A stretch of DNA of 64,000 nt from Squalus acanthias. Its lineage: Eukaryota. The position numbers and the translations under genes are program-made. The notes beneath the pieces were generated by a model. It was not told the DNA's origin and did no database searches. It saw only the letters and a program-made list of their open reading frames with translations. Shown in pieces: positions 49,349-60,837 of the stretch; the first letter of the stretch is position 1, and every line of letters begins with the position of its first letter. Location: the NCBI GenBank assembly GCA_030390025.1, contig CM059432.1, positions 46,688,001 to 46,752,000 on the forward strand, written 5' to 3'.

Positions 49349-49704
49349 GGCCGGAATTTTGCTGGCGCTCAGGGGGTGGGTTTTGGAGGCGGGACATCCG
49401 GCAAAATCGCAAAGATTGACAGCGGGTCGGAAACCCACTGTCATCCCGCCTCCAAACAATCTTCCCAGGTGTCGTGTCCCCGATTTGCACATGGACACGA
49501 CACCTAGCGGCGGGAAGAAGATTATAGGCACTTAACTGACGTCATCTGACACCGGCTTTCTCTTAATTGGCCGGCAAGCCCGCAGGGTGGGCTTAACAAG
49601 GCCAACTGATGCAAAATTGCATCTGTGCATCGTTGGGGGCGGGATTGGAACCCGGAAGGCAGCTGTCTAGCCCCCAAGCTGCACCGAGAGGTAAGATCGC
49701 GGCC
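49349..49704. mobile_element. Harbinger-type MITE inside an old CR1 fragment (~49290-49775)
   Basis: Ends ggccggaatttt / gtaagatcgcggcc; flanks join as RKQKVG..SSFSEWLEVDNDVLQGFVLGP. Confidence 0.65.
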
Positions 49705-51671
49705 AAGAGTAGTTTCTCAGAGTGGTTGGAAGTGGATAACGATGTCCTACAGGGTTTTGTTCTGGGGCCTCCTACAGAAACAGGAGGGGTAGCTGTGACT
49801 TTTATGCTGGATTGCCAACAAATTTTATAGTACAAACACGTAGAACAGACACTCAGGCATATCGGGCATAAAAACCTATATGCAGATGCTTATTATGCAA
49901 TGTATTTTACTGTAATTATAATAAAAGTTATTGGCGAAACACTGAACTCTGCCTAACTAGCTAAATACGATTGGCTTTGCTCTCGAAGAAATATTATTAG
50001 GTATGTTGTTGGTAGAGTGATAGCTCGGTTTGTGTGGTTGCAGTTGTTAGAACACTGTGCTGTGAGATTAATTTAATTCACCACAACAAGTCATGCTTTT
50101 CTACATTTTAAAGGCTTTACTGAAGTAAACATTCTAAATATAAGATAACTCAGCATAAAAAAAAGCCAAAAAAGAAATCTAGCTATAATTGCCATATCTT
50201 TCAGCACGTGCCTTTCACTCAAGGTTTATTTGCCCCCAGGGAAAAAAGGGTTCATTGAAAACCTTATGTAGTTGAGCAATAATTCTTATTTTGTATTCAG
50301 GATATAAAAGTAAGAGTGGGAATAGGGAGGATAATTGTGAAAAATCACAATGTGCATTGTTTTTCTAAATCATCCATGGTCACAGCAGTTCATGGCAAAG
50401 GAAGGCAATGTGCAGTTTTCAAGGCTTCTGTTTTCTGCTCTACAGGAAGAGAGTCTTTTTTGCTGAAGTGGATGGGAAATGGAAGCACAAGTGTTGGACT
50501 CCAGATGCTTAGTGGTAATTAGGTGATTCAGTTCCACCCTGTTGTTCCAACCTTTATAATCTGGTGTCATTCTCAAAATGAATGAGGGGCACTTCCTTTA
50601 GAGTGTTCTTTTCTAATCCATTTGTGGTTCCATTTTCCAATGCCAGGTTTTATTCCTTTGTATAAAATTGTTTCCTTTATCACTTTTTGCTGTTGGACAA
50701 AAAGATTTAAAAAAAATAATCAACACCCTTCATTATCAAATATACTAAATAACATTTTTTCCAGTAATAATACTGTATTATTTTTCTCGAGTGCGTAGGA
50801 CTACTAGTGGCTTGGATATTAATAATTCTTCATTGTAGTAAATAACCCTGCAAAATCCTGATTACTTTTCCTATTATAGCTCTCCATATATTTCTTGGAC
50901 TCAATACTAATGAGGTGAAATTAGTCTTGGGCAGTAGCGCACAATGGGCGATAGCAAATCAGCAGCTGGTTTTACTTCACATCCGATTTTGTTTTTCTAA
51001 TGTGGCAGAAAATCCAGTAACCAATTTGGATAAGAAGGAATTATCTAGTATTAGGAAAAGCTTTTAATTAGATACTGTAGCTAATCAAATGTTATTATTT
51101 TGAACTAGGTGCAGGGAACGATCCCTTCACCGGAACAGGTAGGCCCAAGATCCGATCGAAATTAGACCTTGGGCCTACTTTAAATTACACGAACGAGCTG
51201 TGGACACCTGCGGTGCATCCCCAAACAGCTCTCTGGTGAAGCGGGCATCAATGTTGGGCTGCTGCGATGTCGATAGTGGCCCTCAGGTAAGTCCTGAGGG
51301 GTGGGGGGGGGGGAGGGTGTTGGACCGGGACACGGTGGAGGGGTGGGGACAGTGTCGATTGCAACACCTGTGTAATCGGGGAGTAATCCTACTCCTCCAT
51401 GCTTCACAGGAAGGAGTTTAAAAAAAAAAAATCTTTATACAATTTACCTTTCATTGGTGGCCGTGGGAGCTGCTGAAGAATCCTGAGGAGGGCAGGCCCT
51501 AATTTACATATTCAAGGGGCCTGACGCCTGTTTTAGGCATCTGCCCGGGAGAAGTGCCTTCTCCTCTGGTGTGCAATTGATCATTATTGCAGCAATGGGG
51601 TGGAAATCCAGTGGACCTGGATCCTTTTTTTAAATCGCCAAATTTCAGGGCTAGGATGTTTCAAACTGTTA

Positions 51672-51931
51672 GGGCTGGATTTTGATACTGGGGCGGGTTG
51701 GGGTCGTGTCATCCGCATTTTGTGTTGTCCACCCGCCTGCAATTGGATGTGGGAGATTGATGCAATTTTCACTTAATTGGGCAATTGAGTTCCAGCATGT
51801 GGGAACCCATGACCCAATTAGTGGTTTCAGTCTGAAAGTCGCCTCTGATGATGTCATCATTGCAAGTCAGAGACTGCCTGGCCTTTGCTGTGAGAGGACC
51901 TGGATGCAAAATGAGCAGCATCTCAGAGAGA

Positions 51932-51963
<32 letters not shown>

Positions 51964-52436
51964 ATTTTTTTTGCAACCAAGTCCTCCCAGGCAGTCTCTG
52001 AAGACATTCAATGCAGCAGCATCAGAGGCGACTTTCAGACCTAATACTACTACTACCTTCATCACAATACTACTACTACCTTCATCACATCTCCGTTGTA
52101 ATAGTGGACCTGCAGCTGATAGTCAGCTATCCACTTGTGCTCCCGCCAGGTTTCACTGGCGTGTTTCACATCAGGCGTGCTTCACGTCAGAAAAGGGTTA
52201 AACTAGCTAAAACGTTTCAAAATGGCATTACAGAGCCAATTTAGGGCTTGTTAAGGGCTTTAATGGCCTCTCCCGCCTCTTGGAGGCGGGACAGAGTTGG
52301 GAACCCCGCGACCGATTTTGTCAAAATTGCTTGGAGGCGGAATGGAGTCAGGATGGGGTCGGGACCCCCGAATCCGCAACTTTAACCCCCCACATGCCTC
52401 CAAACCCGACTCCACGGGTCATTGAAAATCCAGCCC
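51672..52436 (-). mobile_element. Harbinger-type MITE family C, copy 2 (inverted relative to copy 1)
   Basis: Same TIRs; TSD tta/tta. Confidence 0.92.
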
Positions 52437-53084
52437 TTAGTGTACTATTACCAAATGTGAACATATTTTAACATGTATTTCATGTTGTAATCGTTCCATC
52501 TTGATTTCAAATAATTATGTAATTTATTTTTGTTGTTTTGCTGCTTCTCTCCGAAAGGTTGTGACTCGTTTGGTTTTGTCCTAGAAACATGAGCACTCCT
52601 TCAGTACTTTGTGAAAGTGATCATTATTTGTGTGAGCCTGGCTGGTTTGTGTTGGCAGACTCCCAAATAAATAATGGCCACTTTTTGACTTGGCAGGGTA
52701 CCATAGCCAAGCCTGATCCTGTATTCACCTATCATCCACATTTTCCAGGAGGGATTGTCAGATGGTGATCAAGAGCAGGAACTTCTCCTTCATTGCTCAG
52801 GAACAGTGCAGCCAATTACATCATCCCTACCTTCATACTGTTTGTGATTGGTTAATTCAGGAGACCTAGAACTCAACACAAAGTTGAATCTGAATTTTCA
52901 ACCTCAATTGCTCTGTTCAAAATTAAATTAATATTTATGAAGTACAGACTCATTAAAAAAAAATCCCAGTAAGACTGTTCATCCCCAAATAGAAGAGTTT
53001 TCCAGCTTTGGCTCAGTGGTAGCACACTCACCTCTGAGTCAGAAGATGTGGGTTCAAGTCCCACTCCAGAGGCTTGAACATATA

Positions 53085-54838
53085 GGGCTCGATTTTAATT
53101 CCCGAGGCGGGATGGAGTCGGGTTGCGTGGTGGGCGGGTTCGGGAGCCGCTTCCGGCGGGAACAGCTGCAGAGTTGCAATTTTTATTAAACTACCTTGTT
53201 AATTTCATGGAGGTGCACTGGCCGGTCCAATGAGTGGGATCGGGTCGGCTGGCCGCCTCTGATGGCGTCATAATAGCAGCTGCTTTTAAAGCTGCCATTC
53301 AGCCTGAACCTTTCTATTGTGGTTTCCTGCACTTGTTTTAAAAGCTGTGACTTCTTCCAGAGGCAAGGCAGCTCCTCGTTTTAATGATGAGTCCCTCCAA
53401 GTTCTTGTGGATGCTGTCAGAGGGCGCAGGGAGATTCTCTCCCCTCCTGATGGCTGGAGGAAGCCTCCTCAGCAGACCAAGGCAGCCTGGCTGCGCATTG
53501 CTCAGAAGGTGAGCGCAAGGTCCACATATGCATGCTCATGGATCCAGTGCCACAAAAGGTTTAATGATCTTGTGAGAACATCAAAAGTGAGTAGCCCATC
53601 TCACTTGCCTTCACTCTGCTTCCCTTCTCTTCTCATCACCAGCACTCTGCGTTGTAGGCCTCCTCCTTCACATCCCACCTTACTCTTACTTCCCTTGCAC
53701 CCTTTCCTAGCCATCTCTGTCTCTGCACTGAATTACTTCAACATCCTGCCTATGCACCCCTTAGACTCGCTCTCACTGTCATGCAGTGACAACAATTAAC
53801 AACACACAGGGAGCTACCTTCCTCTTGGCACCTTACCCCATCTTCGTCTCACTCAAAGCTTCTATGGTAGGGATTAATCACACTCACTCCATCACTGTGG
53901 CTGAAATACCGCTTGTGTCCCTCCTTGCAGGAAAAGATAGCCCACAATAAGAGGGAGAGAGCAATGACTGGAGAAGGAACACAACACCAGGTTATAGTCC
54001 AACAGTTTTATTTGAAATCACAAGCTTTCGGAGCGGCTGCTCCTTCGTCCACCCCAGTCCAACACCGGCATCTCCGCATCATGGAGAAGGAATACCTACC
54101 CTTGCAACATTGACCAGTGCTGAGGAGGCAGCAAACAAGATTGTTGCAGGTGGCGAGGACCTGGAAGTGGGCGATGGAGAGTTGGGCACACTAGAGGAAG
54201 CTGGTGACATAATAGAGTTTCATCCCTCTCAGAAAGCAATGGAATATGATGTTCATAGAGAATCGCTTTGTATCATCTGCTCAAAAGGATGTGTCTGCTA
54301 AATGTTTCCCATCCCCTTGCTATAGATTTCATTTGAAGTAACAATCTTGCAAGCGCACAGTCGAAGTGGCTTGAAATAATTCCATTCATGACACACTGCA
54401 GATGGGTGTCAGCTTGAACAGTCAGAAGGTCAGTAGATGTGCAAAATGTTATCCCATACCTACAACCGCAAAGTTGTTTCATTTGAATGTCAGCCATGTT
54501 TCAGGGGCGCTTTAAAGCGTTCCACCAATGCATACAAATCATGTCCTCCAGCAACTCATCTCCTTGAACCTAGCCTGTTTCTAACAAGTAGGGGAACAGG
54601 AGCCAGAAGCAGGAAAATGGGAAACCACTATCAAAATAGGATTAGCAAGGCAGTTAACAGGCTATTAACTGCCTTAACTACCTGTCCCACCGGTTGGAGA
54701 TGGGTCAGTTTGGGAGCGGCTAAACAGACATTCAGGAAAATCGGGTGTGGGTGGGATGGAGGGGGGTTGGGTGTCTGAAGCCATTTTTCCTGATTTTCCC
54801 AACAGACCCTCCTCCTCAGGGCTATTAAAATCGAGCCC
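53085..54838 (+). mobile_element. Non-autonomous Harbinger element retaining a Myb/SANT gene
   Basis: Perfect 15-bp TIR GGGCTCGATTTTAAT; PRFNDESLQVLVDAV..AWLRIAQKV..SWIQCHKRFNDL; donor GT at 53587, acceptor AG at 53929-30. Confidence 0.88.
53980..54081 (+). mobile_element. Penelope-like insert, copy 3 (one arm deleted)
   Basis: 11-bp TSD tggagaaggaa (53969-53979 / 54082-54092). Confidence 0.82.
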
Positions 54839-55053
54839 ATTATCTCGGCTGAAACTTCAGTGCAGTACTGAAGGAATACTATTAGAGGTGCAGTCTTTCA
54901 GATGAGACGTTAAACCGAGGTCCTGTCTGGTCTCTCAAGTGGATGTAAAAGATTCCATGGCATTATTTGAAGAAGAGCAAGGGTGTTCTCCCTGGTTTCC
55001 TGGCCAACATATATCCCTCAACCAATATCACTAAAACAAATAATCTGGTCATT

Positions 55054-55797
55054 GGCCCAAAAATTAGTGTCTCTACGCGAGAGTACGCACTGTGTACTCT
55101 CGCGTATTCTGTCTCCAATTGCCGGTTTTCTGCATGCACTGCGCATGCGCTGAAAACCGGCACTTGGTGATTTCAAAAGGGGGCGGTTCCTAGGTGAACC
55201 GCGTGCGCGCTACAGGCTGCGCGCACGCAGTGCACTTAGTGCTTTGAACGCGCAGGTAAGCATGGAAGATTTTGCACATAAAGAAAGGAGGCGTAAGACC
55301 CTCTTTTAACAAGCTAAGTAGTTAATTAAGTATTGTTTTGAATTTTTTTCAACAGGTATATCTTTTTTAGAGACTTTAAAGAAAGGTAAGTTTATTTTTA
55401 TAACTTTTTAAAAGATTTTAAATTTTTTCAAAAATTTAATTTTTTGTTTAAATTGGTTAATTTATTTAACTAAAGTTATTTTATTAATGTGATGGTTTTT
55501 TTTTTAAATTTAATTGAGGTTTAGCTGTCCTTTTGAGGGGGTATAGATTCATAGCTTTCACAGCACTTGCTGTGAAAACTATGAATGAAAGATGGTGTGC
55601 TGCCATTGGCTCTAACTGAATCACGTGATCCCACAGCTCGCACGAATTAACTGCGCCTGTGGGATACGGAAGCACTGCACAGCTGCTGTCTAGAAAATCA
55701 AGTTCGTGCGAGCTCGGAATGAAAAGGCAGGCGCGCAGTGAGATATCGCGGGGAAGCCTTACCCCCGCACGAAGGCTCCGTCATTAATTTCTGGGCC
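55054..55797 (-). mobile_element. Harbinger-type MITE family B, copy 4 (opposite orientation)
   Basis: GGCCCAAAAATT...AATTTCTGGGCC; TSD att/att. Confidence 0.88.
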
Positions 55798-56471
55798 ATT
55801 ATGTTATTGCTGTTTGTGGGACTTCGTTGTGTGGAAATTGTCTGCCTCTTTTCCTACATTACAAAAGTGACTACACTTCAAAAATACTTAATTGGCTGTA
55901 AATTGTTTTGGGTCCTGAGGTCGCGAATGGCGCTATATAAATACAAGTTCTTTCTTTATTTCACTCAATCGTAGACCCAAAAATGTAGTTCATGGATCAG
56001 TCTTTTGAATTCAACTCATTATGTTAATGAGCAGTTGTTAATTACTTTGACTAAGATCATAAATGCAGCCAAAATGTAGTTTAATAATTGTTGCTGCTAT
56101 TTTCTATGATTATTTACTTTTAGTCTAAGGATACCATCTGGACCATTTTATAATTAAAATGAAAGCTTCATTTCATTCAAGCAAAGATAAATCAACACAA
56201 GAATTCCTAGTCCAATATGTATCTAGATAATTCCAGTCCCAGAACGCAATTTATTTTCAGTGGCTGAAATTCCTGGGTTGGAGAACGGTGGAAAAGATTT
56301 CTGTGTGAGTGGGCCAGAAGTACTGCCAGGTTTCTGTCTTGTTTAATATGCGCCCTAAATTCTGGCTGGGAGGCAAGCGAGTCTTTTGCCCAAACCCCCT
56401 TCATCACATGTGGAATTCTGTCCAGAGGACCAGATGCAATGTAGTTGCAAATTAATCGCCAGCTGCGCCTG

Positions 56472-57070
56472 TGGCTGGAATTTTTACTGGCAGCAGCGAG
56501 TGGGCTTGGGAGCGGGTGGGTCGTAAAAAGTGCTCAGATTGACAGCACGTTGGCGTTGCCGGCTCCAACCCGCTGACTTCCACGTTTCACTGGAGCGCAT
56601 TCAGCAGCGTGCGAGAAACCCCCTCGGGACAGGCGGGTTAGCAACTGAAATCAATTAAGAGGTAGTTAACAGGTTTTTTAACAGGGATTTTCAACTTTCA
56701 CTGTGGGTCTACAGGTTTCCCAAGCTTCCTGGACCTCGCCAGTGAAAAGAAAGCGAGAGCACAGCAGCAATTGAGGGGGCTGAACAAATGACAGGTAAAA
56801 ATAGACCTCACGCCTGCTTCCTTGCCTAAATGAAAGGCTTTTGCTCACAGCACTTGTTCTGAGAGTTTGCTTTCAGCACTTTGCAGGTGATTTCTACAAC
56901 TTTGGAGGTGGTTTCTACAAATTTGCAGGTGATTTCTACTACTTTTGGAGGTGAGTTTCACTACATTGAAGGTCACTCTCACTACTTTAGAGGTTTCTGT
57001 GTCTGATCTCCACTTTAAATCTGTCATGTCAGATCAGCATGGGTGCCACTTACACAGTTTCACCTTGGAC
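56472..57070 (+). mobile_element. Truncated Harbinger-like 5' fragment
   Basis: Terminus ggctggaatttt, GC-rich subterminal region, ATGGGTGCC start like the other transposase copies, degenerate 21-bp tandem at 56880-56990. Confidence 0.55.
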
Positions 57071-57071
57071 C

Positions 57072-57230
57072 TCCGATTCTCTCTTCTACTCTCACATTAA
57101 GCTCGCCTTGTAATATCTAGCCTAAATCCTACATTTCCTGCTTCACGTAATTAGGCTGCATCTCTGGGGTTGGAGGAACAACTTCCACCTGCCACAGAGA
57201 TGCACCCTAGATCTCAGACAATCCTCCAGC
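57072..57230. repeat. Left arm of a ~160-bp inverted duplication (right arm 58777-58935)
   Basis: Reverse-complement match with scattered substitutions. Confidence 0.92.
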
Positions 57231-57627
57231 TTCAATTTCAGCATTTTGGAGTTTTCTCTTGTGCAAAGAGCACAAACCTGCAATTCAGTTAAAACTGGAT
57301 AATTGCCAGTATTTTTTTTGCATCATTTTATTCAAATGCTTTCAACATCTTCTCTGGAAAATGCTCTAATCGATATATAGACATCGATTTCCTGACTACC
57401 CCTCTCCAATTTTTTTTTGGATGGGGTGGGCGGGGTGGGAAAGAGAGGATTTGGGGTCAGAAAATTGGTGGGGCCCCTATTTCCCACTGCATATGCCTAC
57501 AGTGTAGAATATGCCCACTCATTTTTGGGTGGATCTATTGAACCAAGTTGGACATATGGAAAATAGTTTCCTTAACATATTCTCTGTTATTTGCGGCTTT
57601 CCAATACTGGATACCAGGATACCCGTT

Positions 57628-58096
57628 AAAGAAAGATTTGCATTTCTATAGCTCCTTTCATGACCACCGGATATGCCAAAGCGCTTTACAGCCAATTAAG
57701 TATTTTTGGAAGTGTAGTCATTCTTGTAATGTAGGAAACACACCAGGCAATTTGCTGCACAGCAAGCTCCCACAAATAGCAATGTGATAATGACCAGATA
57801 ATCTGTTTTCTTTTTTGGTGATGTTGATTGAGGGATAAATAGCAAGGGCACCGGGGATAACACCCCTGCTCTTCTTCGAAATAGTGCCATGGAATCTTTT
57901 ACGTCCACCTGAGAGAGCAGACGGAGCCTTGGTTTAACGTTTCATCTGAGAGACGGCACCTCCAACAGTACAGCACTCCCTCAATACTGCACTGGAGTGT
58001 CAACCTAGATTTTTGTGCTCAAGTCGCTGGAGTGGGATTTGAACCCATAACGTTCTGACTCAGAGGCAAAGGTGCCAACTGAGCCACAGCTGACAC
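57628..58096 (-). mobile_element. Full-length tRNA-derived DeuSINE/SacSINE-like SINE
   Basis: Minus-strand A box TGGCTCAGTTGG, B box GGTTCAAATCC, L2-like tail. Confidence 0.9.
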
Positions 58097-58560
58097 AGTT
58101 GATCGGGTGGATGCGGTAAGGATGTTCCCAAGGATGGGTGAAACTAGAACTAGGGGGCATAATCTTAGAATAAGGGGCTGCTCTTTCAAAACTGAGATAA
58201 GGAGAAACTTCTTCACTCAGAGGGTAGTAGATCTGTGGAATTTGCTGCCCCAGGAAGCTGTGGAAGCTACATCATTAAATAAATTTAAAACAGAAATAGA
58301 CAGTTTCCTAGAAGTAAAGGGAATTAGGGGTTACGGGGAGCGGGCAGGAAATTGGACATGAGGCTGAATTTGGATCGGTCGAGGCCCTGTGGGTGGCGTA
58401 GCGGGCCCAGGGGCTGAGTGGCCGGGTCCTGCTCCTACTTCTTGTGTTCTTTAGATTTGAGGTTAGGATCAGATCAGCCATGATCTTATTGAATGGCGGA
58501 GCAGGCTCGAGGGGCCGATTGGCCTACTCCTGCTCCTATTTCTTATGTTCTTATGTTCTT
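58097..58560 (+). mobile_element. CR1 3' end with a doubled tail
   Basis: ETRTRGHNLRIRG..RRNFFTQRVVDLWN; (TTCTTATG)n end. Confidence 0.9.
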
Positions 58561-59199
58561 AGTCCCTGGCGCTAACATTGCTATGGCAGTGGAGAGGACC
58601 GGAAGTTTCTTTTGCTGACAGGATTGTACAATCGCTCCCAGATTAATGGATTACACAGGCCAAAGAGGAGACATTTGCCTCCTTTTACAAGCAGCATGGA
58701 GACCTGTCACAGCAAAGCTCTGCACCAATCTGGAGGAGGCCAGGTAGCTCACTTAAAATATTTAAATAACCCCAAGGCTGGAGGATTGTCTGAGATCTAG
58801 GGTGCATCTCTGCGGCAGGTGGAAGTTATTCCTCCAACCCCAGAGATGCAGCCTAATTACTTGAAGCAGAAAATCTAGGATTTAAGCTAGATATTACAAG
58901 GCGAGCTTAATGAGAGAGCAGAACAGAGAATCGGACATTGGGGTTAGCACACCAAATGGACAGCATTCCTGATTTCTTAGTTATTTAAATTAATGACCAG
59001 AGAAATCAGAATAACTGCAAATTGAGTGCACTTATCTCCATGCCTATTGTCCAATCTGTGCCCCTAGTCGAGTAAAGTTCCATGTCATTAGTCTGACCAT
59101 GCAAAATAAACCTTTATATGGTCCAATAGGAACTTACATTAGAATATTATGCAAATTCACTACACTGTATTTGAAATTTATTTAACATAATTTCCCAGT

Positions 59200-59885
59200 A
59201 AAGAAGAGTGGGGTGAAGATGACGGCTTTGAAAAAGAGGAGCCAGTGCCTGAGGAGAGGGAACCATTTACAATATCAGCTAAGATAGGGGCCAGTAATTG
59301 AAGTTGGGTGGTCAGCAGTTTAATGGGAATGGGGGTCGAGAAAGCAGGAGGTGAGTCTATGGACAGGATGAGTTCGGAGAGGGCATGAGGGGAGATAGGA
59401 GAGAAATTGGAATATGATGCAGGATAGGGGCTGGGGTGGGAGGGAGCCTGGAGGTAGGTTTGGTGGGAAAGGTGAAGGGGGAGGGAAGCAACACAGGCAG
59501 CTGAACAGATGGTCTCAATCTTAATGACAAGGAACTTTATGAGCTTGGAGGTGAAGGTGGAGAGGGCAGGGGAGAGGGTTTAAGGAGATGGTTGGTAGTG
59601 GAGAAAAGAAGCCGGGGGTTAACTTTGTTCTCCACGATGATCCTGGAATAGTGGCTAGTTTTGCCGGAGGAGAGTGAGACCTGATAGCGCTTAATGTAGT
59701 CCAGCCAGAGCTGGGAATAGATGGCTAAACCAGTTGTGTGATAGATACACTCAAGTTTGTGCCCTTGGACTTCAGGGAGCGAAGATGGCTGCCATACTAG
59801 AGGGAAGAACCAGGCTGGGAGAGTATAGGTATTATTGCGGACAAGGGTATTTAAGGCGGTGGCGAGGGACTGGTTGAGCACCGTC
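59200..59885 (-). mobile_element. Old L2 fragment (linker region)
   Basis: WLDYIKRYQ..KTSHYSRIIVENKVNPRLLFSTTNHLLKP..., PLLFKAV. Confidence 0.8.
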
Positions 59886-60274
59886 AATATTAAAATAATT
59901 AGGTTAACACTAGTGCTAAAATAATGCCAATCAGAAAATCCCGGCCTTTGCTAAAACAGAGTAGTGAAAGTTTGGTCTGTATCTGGTCACAGTATACCTG
60001 CCAGAGTCCTGCCTGCCTCCTAAAATCTAGAATCTCTTAAAATTCAAGCCTGGTGTCACTTAATCTTATTTTCTAAAATTGCCTAGTCATCTTTCCTGGA
60101 TTTTTACCCTTGTTGGCATCTTGCATTATGAGCGTTGGCCCTTCATCTAGGGTCCGCATTTAATGTTATATGAAGGAACTCTAGAGAGTTATGAGACTCA
60201 GAAGCTCTAAGCAGGCATCTCATAAACACTCCAAAATCTGTAGGATTAAAATGAAGCTGTGATGTCTCTTGCTA

Positions 60275-60487
60275 AAAATGAGAAGTCGCACAACACCAGG
60301 TTATAGTCCAACAGTTTTATTTAAAATTACGAGCTTTCGGAGCTGCTGCTCCTTCGTCAGGTAGACCTGACGAAGGAGCAGCAGCTCCGAAAGCTCGTAA
60401 TTTTAAATAAAACTGTTGGACTATAACCTGGTGTTGTGCGACTTCTCATTTTTGTCCAGCCCAGTCCAACACCGGCATCTCCGCATC
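60275..60487 (+). mobile_element. Penelope-like palindromic insert, copy 4
   Basis: Perfect ~88-bp inverted arms plus tail; TSD (atg)tctcttgcta (60262-60274 / 60488-60500). Confidence 0.85.
60328..60363 (-). ncRNA. Minimal type I hammerhead ribozyme motif (mirror copy on + at 60364-60399)
   Basis: UAC-CUGACGA-A-GGAGC(agca)GCUCC-GAAA-GC-UC/GUA. Confidence 0.7.
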
Positions 60488-60837
60488 ATGTCTCTTGCTA
60501 GAAGACGATCTGCTCTTTCTCAAGAAGTGTCCTGATCCAAACTCATAGTATTAAATGCATATTTACCTTAAACACCTGCCATTCTTTCTCTTTTTCCAGA
60601 GAAATATATCTGTTGTTGACCTCTTCCTGCATGGTTAAAAAAAAACTCAATAAAACATATGCCTTTATGTAAAGAGTTAAATAAATAAATTTATTTGCAA
60701 AGGTAGTTTAATTTTTTTCCGGTTCACTTCACAATTTCAAGAATAGTTTGCCCCAATTATAAGAGTGCAATTACTCGAGTAAAGTAGTCAATTTTTAAAC
60801 AGACAGAGAGAGCAAGCCAGATTCCAAACTAGCAGGG

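Larger units (their letters stand above)
53005..55955 (+). mobile_element. tRNA-derived DeuSINE/SacSINE-like SINE split into three pieces (53005-53084, 54839-55053, 55798-55955)
   Basis: A box TGGCTCAGTGG (53009), B box GGTTCAAGTCC (53051), L2-type tail gcgctatataaatacaagttctttcttt; collinear with 57628-58096. Confidence 0.88.

Noticed and set aside
42625..52436. One 9.8-kb composite transposon bounded by the two MITE C copies
   Set aside because: Each copy has its own TSD (ctt and tta), and the outer flanks do not match each other.
53005..53070. tRNA gene
   Set aside because: The A/B boxes run into a SINE body and L2-type tail, so this is a SINE head. The same applies to 58030-58096 and 40349-40399.
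56880..56990. Degenerate 21-bp tandem repeat as a coding repeat (CRNHLQ)
   Set aside because: It is short and decayed, and lies in the untranslated part of a transposon fragment.
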